Source of the DNA: Lytechinus pictus | Lineage: Eukaryota | Reading direction: 5' to 3' | Assembly (NCBI RefSeq): GCF_037042905.1 | Contig: NC_087251.1 | Coordinates: 20,524,001-20,588,000, forward strand | Length of the DNA: 64,000 bases | Shown: piece after piece, positions 57,301-64,000 of the stretch | How positions within the stretch are numbered: the first letter of the stretch is position 1 | Layout of the letters: every line of letters starts with the position of its first letter | The notes under the pieces: generated by a model | Databases searched by the model: none | Told to the model about the DNA's origin: nothing | What the model saw: only the letters and a program-made list of their open reading frames with translations | Translations under genes and position numbers: made by a program

Positions 57301-60300
57301 AGTAAATAATAGTTTAACTTGACATCTGTGACTATGTTCAAAAATATTTTTCATGCTACAAGTAGTTAGGCCCTACATATTAATTCCTCTTTTTTCTGCT
57401 TTTCCTTTTTTTCTACCTTTCTTCTAAACATCTTTCTCACCTCCCTGTCTCTCTTTGTAATTAACCGAAACAATATACGCGCAGTCGCGCTATGCCAGCT
57501 ACTGTATTGAGGATACGCCCAACGTGCCCCAGGCCTTCCTATTGGTTAGAAGGGCTCCCACTCGGAACAATGATTTTGACTGGTTTGTCTTTAAAAAAAT
57601 GGGCAGGAATTTAGATGGATATGACAGGGAAAAGACAATGTTCAAAATACTGAACTGTGACAATCATAGCGGTGTCACAGCTCTGCGAGAAATTACAAAA
57701 TTTATGACAGTTTTCCAGAATACCAACTGTTTTTTAATAATACAAAACTTGAAATGATATTTAAGAAATCAGGCCTGTACATATTCATCAGAATCATAAC
57801 AAGTTCCAGTTCAATCTCTATAAATGGTAAATGTATAAACCTAGGACATTAAAAAACAGATAAATAACTTAGATACATATTAAAGGAGCATAGTAATCAG
57901 ATAGTAAGAAAGGAAATACATGGATGAGATGTGTGTGTGTAAATAAGTTGATTTACATCAAACTCCTGGGGAAAACAAAATTATTTTTTATCGTTTTTCA
58001 ACATTGCCTCAGATTTTCAATGTTTAAAAAGCAACTTCCCATAGATATTAATATTTATAAATGAGTCTTTATTGCAACCGAAGGATCTTTATTACAATCA
58101 AAGATTGAATTTGAGACAATTGTTGGTATATTTAAGCTGTACTTAAAATGTTCTCACTATTTCTAACTAATTTATCCTAAGAAGTGCATGTAAAATTACT
58201 CAGCACTTAACCTGATGAACCTTAAAGGAGAATGAAACTCTTGGAGCAAGTTAGCTTTTGTGAAAGCAGAAAAATCAAAGAATAAGATCAACAAAAGTTT
58301 GAGTAAAATAGGACTAGCGATAGAAGAGTTATGAGCATTTGAATGTCGAGATCACTAATGCTATGGAGATCCTCCCATTGGCAATGCGACCAAGATCTAT
58401 GATGTCACAGATGAACAACTCTCCCCTTTTGGACACTGAAAATATACCCCAAAACATCTATTTTTGCTCATTCTAATCATATGACAAACGATTCATCAAT
58501 GATATAATGTTGTGAAACCTATGTACTTGTCCTCTCATAAAGAGAACACCTCACCTTGTGATAGACTCTATAAAAATGAGAATATAAGTGAAATAAGTAC
58601 TAAAGTAATGAGGGAGTTGTACGTGTGTGACATCACAGATCTTGGTCGCATTGCCAATAGGAGGATCTACATGGCATTAGTGATCTCAATATTCAAATGC
58701 TCATAACTTTCTTATTATTCATTCAATCTTCCTCAAACTTTCAACAATATGTTTCTTTGATTTTTTTCTTTGATATGGATTCAGCTGGTTTCAAGGGTTT
58801 CATTCTCCTTTAAGTAAAAAAAAAAATCAAGTACAATTAAAGACTGGCAAATGTATGAAATACCTGTCTAATGTCCAGCTGGAGAGGAAGTGCGAGAGTC
58901 AACATATAAGTCTTGAAATCATATTTTAAAGCCTCCACATCACAGCAAATCTAGTACAATGTATAATGATAAACAAGGCATAAGGGATATTGTGTCTCGC
59001 CCACTTGTGAAAGTAACCAGAAATATTGTGATTTGAGAGGGCACGCAACAGAATTGTATCAAAAGTTCATTGTAAAATAACTGGGATTGAATAACATTTG
59101 TCATAAGTCTTCCATGTAAACTTTAATGTTGACCTCAAAATGACCTTTGACCTTACCATGTGACCTCTGAACACAATAACATGCAGGTCTCCTAAGTAAA
59201 GCTACAACCGGAGTTTGGTTCAAAAGTGACTTATGGTTGTGAAGTTATATCACAACAATGACCTCAAAATGACAAGCTATAAAAACATTTTTTTCTAACA
59301 AATATCCTTTATGAATACATTTTTAGCTAACTCATCTAAGGAGGGGAAAACAGGGCAAACTCCATAGGTATTAACAGGGTTTCAAGACATTTGCTCTGCA
59401 ACAATTGCTCCGCTCTAAATTACACACACTAATCAGATGACCAACTTCAACCCTCCGTTTAACACTATAACCTACCCTGAACCTGACCCTAAACCTAACA
59501 TAAAACCCTAAATTGCAACCCTAACCCTCAATCTTTTACGAAATTAAATCCGGAGCAATTGTCGCAGGACGAGCAAATGTTGTGTCACCATCCACAGAAA
59601 TTCAAGCCCTTGAGAAAAGGACATTGATAGAATAGCAACACTCAGAACCTTCAAGGAATTAATCCTGCAAGGTACACATTCACCTCACCTGGCTTGAGTG
59701 AAGCACAATGTGGATAAGTTTTTTGCTGTTCGGGAAAACACACTAATGCTGGGATTTGAATCAAGATGTGGTGAATGTGTCGTAGTAGGATTATTTCAGC
59801 ATTATTATTCAGCATATATGCAGCAGAAAACATCCTGCCAAGGTTTCAATATTTGACTCATCTAAATCTGCAATATCATTAAATATCAATACAGTTCGGC
59901 CTATTAGGTAATTATGGACCATTCCAGCATATAAATTTATAATAATATATAAAGAAGTCAAAATTGAATTTTCACCCATAGCAAATGACTGGCAACAACT
60001 ATAAACTTTTCATTCTTAAAAAGTAGGTCAAAGAGTTTAATGTTCATGGCAGATCCAGCCAGGTTAAATAAAAATTCATTTCACAGGCCATAATTATTGC
60101 ACATAAATCAAACAAGATCTGCACCTGGATTACATATATTTCATTGTTACAATCATACGAATCAAGTACCTTTTCTACAGTCTGTTCATCACACAAAGAT
60201 TGTAGTATACCAAGACAAGCTGGGCAGATCTCACCATCTTTGCTCCCTTCACTTTTTAACTCAGACTGTTTAGCTTGATCAGGATTATGGTCAACTTCAG

Positions 60301-61364
60301 AGTCTGTACTGGCCTGCTTTGGGCCTCCCTCTCCGTCTTCCAATTTCCACAAAGATGGACAAGACTATTGAAACAAAATAAAGGATTTGGAAATATTTCC
60401 ATCCATCAACTGAGAGCAAAACCTACTATTTTTAATTCAATATTGAGTAATATATTAATACTTAGCAATAAATAGAAGTAAACGAGTGTGTATATCAAAT
60501 ATGAGAGCATCATATCTTTCTTTTTTTTAAGCCAGTCAATTTTTGTAGGTCATAACACTAAATTCTATCAGAGTGAATTCAGCATTTCTTCTGATTATAA
60601 TATAGCCAGAACGTCAAACTAATTCTTCCTTCAAGGTTCTATACAACAATTTGCAACCCCCAAATATATAAAGTCAATTTCAATTCATTGAAATAACCCT
60701 CGATATTCTCAGATTTAGGTAGAAATGATATCAGCATACTCCCACTTCCCCATTAGTATCCTTTCAACATCAGAGATTTTCTGCATGAAGAGTGGAGACT
60801 GCTGACCAGGAAAAGTCTGTTTATTTAAATGACCATTGAATTTAATATATTAGTAAACTGACATCTCTAGACCATGATTTATAAATACCTCTAAAGGATT
60901 AGCGTAGACATGGATATTCTTCCTTCCAAGGAATCGAAGGACACACCTCTGACAACAGTGGAGGCTGCGAAGCATCAACACAGTTTTTGATTCATCATCC
61001 TGCAAGCATTTAATTATTAAGAATACAAGAAAAAAAATATGGCTTGCCTAACCGGCTCTCTCTCAGAATTTCAAAGGATTAAAACATAGAAACACTTCCT
61101 ACTATAAATTGAAAAAAAAAATGGGCAGTTGCTGATATGAGGTTCAATATGAGTGAGCAGCAAGGTATAACACCATCAGGGGCTGCAGTTCATAAACAAG
61201 AATTGTCCAAGAAATCAAGGGTATCCTCACACGGATCAAGACAAATCATGTCCTGGTGAATTGACATTGTCCTCTTCTTAGGTGGCACTTATGCCTTTTG
61301 AGTGTGTGTGCTAAGGTAATTAAGTAGATTTAATGCCATCAAATACCTGTTGGGCCTGTTTCAT
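40684..61364 (-). CDS. PUS10: tRNA pseudouridine synthase Pus10, 18 coding exons, ~526 aa
   Basis: Exons: 61347-61364 (MKQAQQ), 60889-60999 (CQRCVLRF), 60170-60364 (CPACLGIL), 58864-58950, 57235-57269, 56512-56614, 52469-52530, 50183-50228, 49154-49245, 48415-48497, 46230-46355 ([15 protein letters not shown]), 45166-45222 ([15 protein letters not shown], catalytic Asp), 44662-44738 ([11 protein letters not shown]), 43794-43849, 43279-43396 ([11 protein letters not shown]), 42678-42820 ([16 protein letters not shown]), 41390-41489 ([16 protein letters not shown]), 40684-40755 (DWPP..TGA). Phases consistent; 1581 nt. First exon less certain. Confidence 0.94.
41490..42677 (-). other. U12-type (minor spliceosome) GT-AG intron of PUS10
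   Basis: Minus-strand 5' splice site GTATCCTTTT (42668-42677); branch-point box TCCTTAAT (41502-41509) about 10 nt upstream of the TAG acceptor; no polypyrimidine tract. Confidence 0.92.
44432..44560. mobile_element. Small Harbinger-like palindromic MITE
   Basis: CTG|ggggccgtaacacaaag...ctttgtgttacgggacc|CAG. Confidence 0.7.
45315..45663 (+). mobile_element. 3' remnant of an L1/Tx1-like LINE
   Basis: Reads [33 protein letters not shown], similar to the C-terminal zinc-knuckle region of Tx1/L1 ORF2; stop, AATAAA and A-tail at ~45635-45663. Confidence 0.6.
46590..47820 (+). pseudogene. Decayed DDE transposase with P-element-like motif order, antisense in a PUS10 intron
   Basis: Frameshifted pieces in order: [18 protein letters not shown] (DxxH); [44 protein letters not shown]. 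Confidence 0.7.
50769..51959 (+). mobile_element. Helentron/DINE-like non-autonomous element, family A, with ~160-bp tandem array
   Basis: 5' aacaag; subterminal IR gtctcacctgcat / atgcaggtgagac; 3' hairpin then A-run; about 5 monomers rich in TGACCT. Class assignment is inferred from structure. Confidence 0.7.
51975..52188. mobile_element. MITE with 8-bp TSD and degenerate telomere-like interior
   Basis: AGACCTCC|ggtgacacgacatttgctcc...ggagcaaatgtcatggaacc|AGACCTCC. Confidence 0.85.
52586..53336 (+). mobile_element. Helentron/DINE-like element, family B, with ~157-bp tandem array
   Basis: 5' aacaag..aatacgcccgcc; 3' hairpin tacgtcctgtc-tag-gacgggcata plus A-run; monomer repeats at 52831, 52988 and 53145. 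Confidence 0.7.
53690..54820. repeat. Compound (GATA)n/(GACA)n/(GA)n microsatellite
   Basis: Directly visible; interrupted at 54062-54254. Confidence 0.95.
54940..55015 (-). pseudogene. tRNA-derived Pol III head (SINE-like or tRNA pseudogene)
   Basis: Minus strand: A-box TAGCTCAATCGG, B-box GGTTCGAGTCC, then a long T-run; anticodon arm and acceptor stem do not fold canonically. Confidence 0.6.
58226..58809. mobile_element. Kolobok-like MITE with TTAA TSD and near full-length palindrome
   Basis: TTAA|aggagaatgaaac...gtttcattctcct|TTAA; internal arms ttggcaatgcgaccaagatct / agatcttggtcgcattgccaa. Confidence 0.85.
59378..59589. mobile_element. Second, inverted copy of the 51975-52188 MITE family with (AACCCT)-like interior
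   Basis: gacatttgctc..caattgctcc...ggagcaattgtcgcagga..gcaaatgttgtgtcacc; degenerate 8-bp flanks attaacag/atccacag. Confidence 0.75.
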
Positions 61365-61722
61365 GACGAGATGAGCGATACGTAGGAACGTCCTAGGACC
61401 ATTCTTCCGAGATAGGAAGATTGGCAACAAATCAGCGCTTTCCGTTTCACGAAGGCAATTTTGTATTCCAAGACTGCGACATTGTTTTATATCGATAGTA
61501 TCGGAAAAATATTTAGTCTTCATCATCACCTGAACCTTTTATTTCGGAATGACGGCTTTTCATAAAATCATATATTTCAATAAATGGAGATCAAATGATT
61601 TTTTATTTATTACTGATTGTAGAGTTGATGTATGGAGCTTACTTCATGAGGTAAAAAGAAAAAAACAACTTTAAAGATTCACAAACATAATGGGACAAAA
61701 TCAAAATTTTCATCATTTTCCT

Positions 61723-62246
61723 AATCTAGAACACGGTGCCCTATTAGAGACACCTTTCATTGATATTTCAACGAAAGAGGTCCGTGTCCGACATAAAAAT
61801 TGAAGTACCGTAACTAAGTAATATTGACATTGTATTAATTTAGTTCAATATTCTGAATTATTATATAATACTTATTTATAGTGATAATTTTGCAAATTAT
61901 GCTTTAAACGTTATTTATTGAGGTAAAAATAGGGTTTGAATGGAGTAAACAAAATCAACGTGTCTGATTGTATCAGACTAAAAAAATCTAGAACACGGTG
62001 CCCTATTAGAGGCACCTTTCATTGATATTTCAAAGAAAGAGGTCCGTGTCCGACATAAAAATTGAAGTACCGTAACTAAGTAATATTGACATTGTATTAG
62101 TTCAATATTTTGAATTTTTACATAATACTTATTTATACTTATAGTGATAATTTTGCAAATTATGCTTTAAACGTTATTTGTTGAGGTAAAATATGGTTTG
62201 AATGGAGTAAACAAAATCAACGTGTTTGATTGTATGAGACTAAAAA
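61723..62246. repeat. Tandem duplication (2 x ~263 bp) upstream of PUS10
   Basis: aatctagaacacggtgccctattagag starts at ~61723 and ~61986 with near-identical continuation. Confidence 0.9.
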
Positions 62247-63384
62247 GGAAAATATGAGAGGCTGCATGTGAAAAATCTAATTTATTTATTTTATTTGTCA
62301 GATATAACGCAAGAAATACAAACATATCTCTGTATGAAAAGTAACCGAAGACAAGGAAAATGTGAAGATTGCTGCAAACATGTCAATTGGGTAAAGTAGT
62401 GCTTTGCAATAATAAAACATAGAAAATAAGAGATAAATAAGAGATAAAATAAAATATTTTAAAGATACAATGACCTCAGAATACCGCCCCAGGATGTGCA
62501 TATAGATCTAGAGTAAAGTGCCCAAATATCGGACACTTAAGCATAATTGGACAAAAACAAAAATACAATCATTGAATCAAATAAAAATCATGTTTTTTCC
62601 GTAGTACAAATTTTTTTTTGGCGATAGATCGAACATGTGAAATCTCGGCAGCGATATTTCCGGCGGATATCACTTCCCCCTTACAAGATTTATTTTGGTC
62701 ATCGATCTTTTGGAGTCCATAATTAGCGAGGGTCACAAGAATCTCTGGAAGTCAAAATCATGGATTTTACCCCTGGAATATTTTTTTATTGAGCAGCAAC
62801 TTGGATCTACTGTGTGCAGTTCAATTGATATGTTCATGTATCTCATGCATGCAAGTCTCCTACCAGTGCGGGTCCCTGTAGTTATGGGGAGGAAGTTGAA
62901 GTCATTTTTGTGCGATATTTGGAACCGTCCGATGTTAGGGGACTTTACTCTGTTTTGTGAAATTAGGCAAAACTTTAAAATGTCATATTTTTGGCATTAT
63001 CGTGAAATAAGTCAAAGTCACCAGTGACAAATTTCCACCAGGATCATTTTTCTACTTGATAGACGGTCTCCACATCAGCCACATGGACTAGTCGTGTGCG
63101 CAATTTTTTTTCTTTGACGATATTACTCTGCCCTCTCTCGATCTCCCTCCCACGCGATCTCATTCTCTTCCCCCTTTTCGTTCACTTTGCTTTTTCAGGC
63201 CAGGCGCATTGCCAGGTGTTCTGTGTTGATTTCTACTTGTAAATTTCAAAATACGCGCAGAGTGCGTATTCTAGTTCATTTCTACTTCAGAAAACGCCCT
63301 AAGTGCGGTCTGAAACTTACAAGTAGAAATGTACTATTAAGACCGTTGTCTATTCCAATAGTCTGAAACCATGCACTTCCTATC

Positions 63385-63730
63385 AACTGTTCTTCAAATT
63401 TGTCACCAGCTATGGGATTTCGGAGATTTAATATACTGCTGGTGACAAATATGAAGAACAGTACGTAGGAGACGGATGGGTTGAGGCTATAATGGATAGC
63501 CTACTATCTTAATTGTTGAATTTCAAATTTGTCACCAGCTATGGGATTTCGAAGATGTAATGTACTGCTGGTGACAAATTTGAAGAACAGTACATAGGAG
63601 ACGGATGGGTTGAGGCTTTAATGGATAACTTACTGTCTTAATTGTTGAATTTCAAATTTGTCACCAGCTATGGGACTTCGGAGTTTTAATGTACTGCTGG
63701 TGATAAATTTGAAGAACAGAATATAGGAGA
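63385..63730. repeat. Tandem repeat (~123-bp unit x3) with internal hairpin
   Basis: aaatttgtcaccagc...gctggtgacaaat recurs three times; a second ~160-bp duplication runs from ~63770 to the window end. Confidence 0.85.
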
Positions 63731-64000
63731 TTGGATAATAAATTATAAACTTAAATATTTCTGTATTGTATTTATTGGATAGTTAACTGTCTGAAAGTGG
63801 CAGAGTGGTATTGAAGAGGAGGGAAAAGAGGGGTTGATGGAATAAAAGTTTAATTACTCTTAATTTAGTGAAAACAAGTGGTGACAAATTTCACGACCAA
63901 TACATAGAGTCTAAGAATATTGATTCATTAATTGGATAATTAACTGTCTAAAAGTGGCAGAGTGGTCTTGAATAGGAGGGAAAAGAGGGGTTGATGGAAT

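Noticed and set aside
62695..63027. 110-aa ORF as a gene divergent from PUS10
   Set aside because: Non-ATG start, no recognisable domain and no supporting exon chain.
63385..63730. CRISPR array
   Set aside because: Eukaryotic context, spacers are not unique, no cas genes.

Overview
AT-rich, intron-rich animal genomic DNA. The repeat content and protein style suggest a marine invertebrate, possibly an echinoderm; that is an inference only. Three complete spliced genes were rebuilt by hand from splice sites, frame continuity and family motifs. (1) SIRT2 sirtuin, minus strand, 13 coding exons, 3846-22852, ~446 aa, whose last exon encodes a tandem-repeat tail of SP-x-K motifs. (2) An aquaporin-8-like channel, plus strand, 5 exons, 32926-39336, 273 aa, whose second motif is NPAV rather than NPAR and whose ar/R filter looks non-canonical. 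(3) PUS10 tRNA pseudouridine synthase, minus strand, 18 coding exons, 40684-61364, ~526 aa, with a U12-type (minor spliceosome) intron. Introns and intergenic DNA hold many non-autonomous DNA transposons (piggyBac-, Kolobok-, Harbinger-, hAT- and Tc1/pogo-like), Helentron/DINE-like elements with ~160-bp arrays full of DR1 motifs, two LINE 3' remnants, tRNA-derived heads and a decayed P-like DDE transposase. No CRISPR, rRNA or intact tRNA gene is supported. Comparisons with human orthologues are from memory, not from a search.
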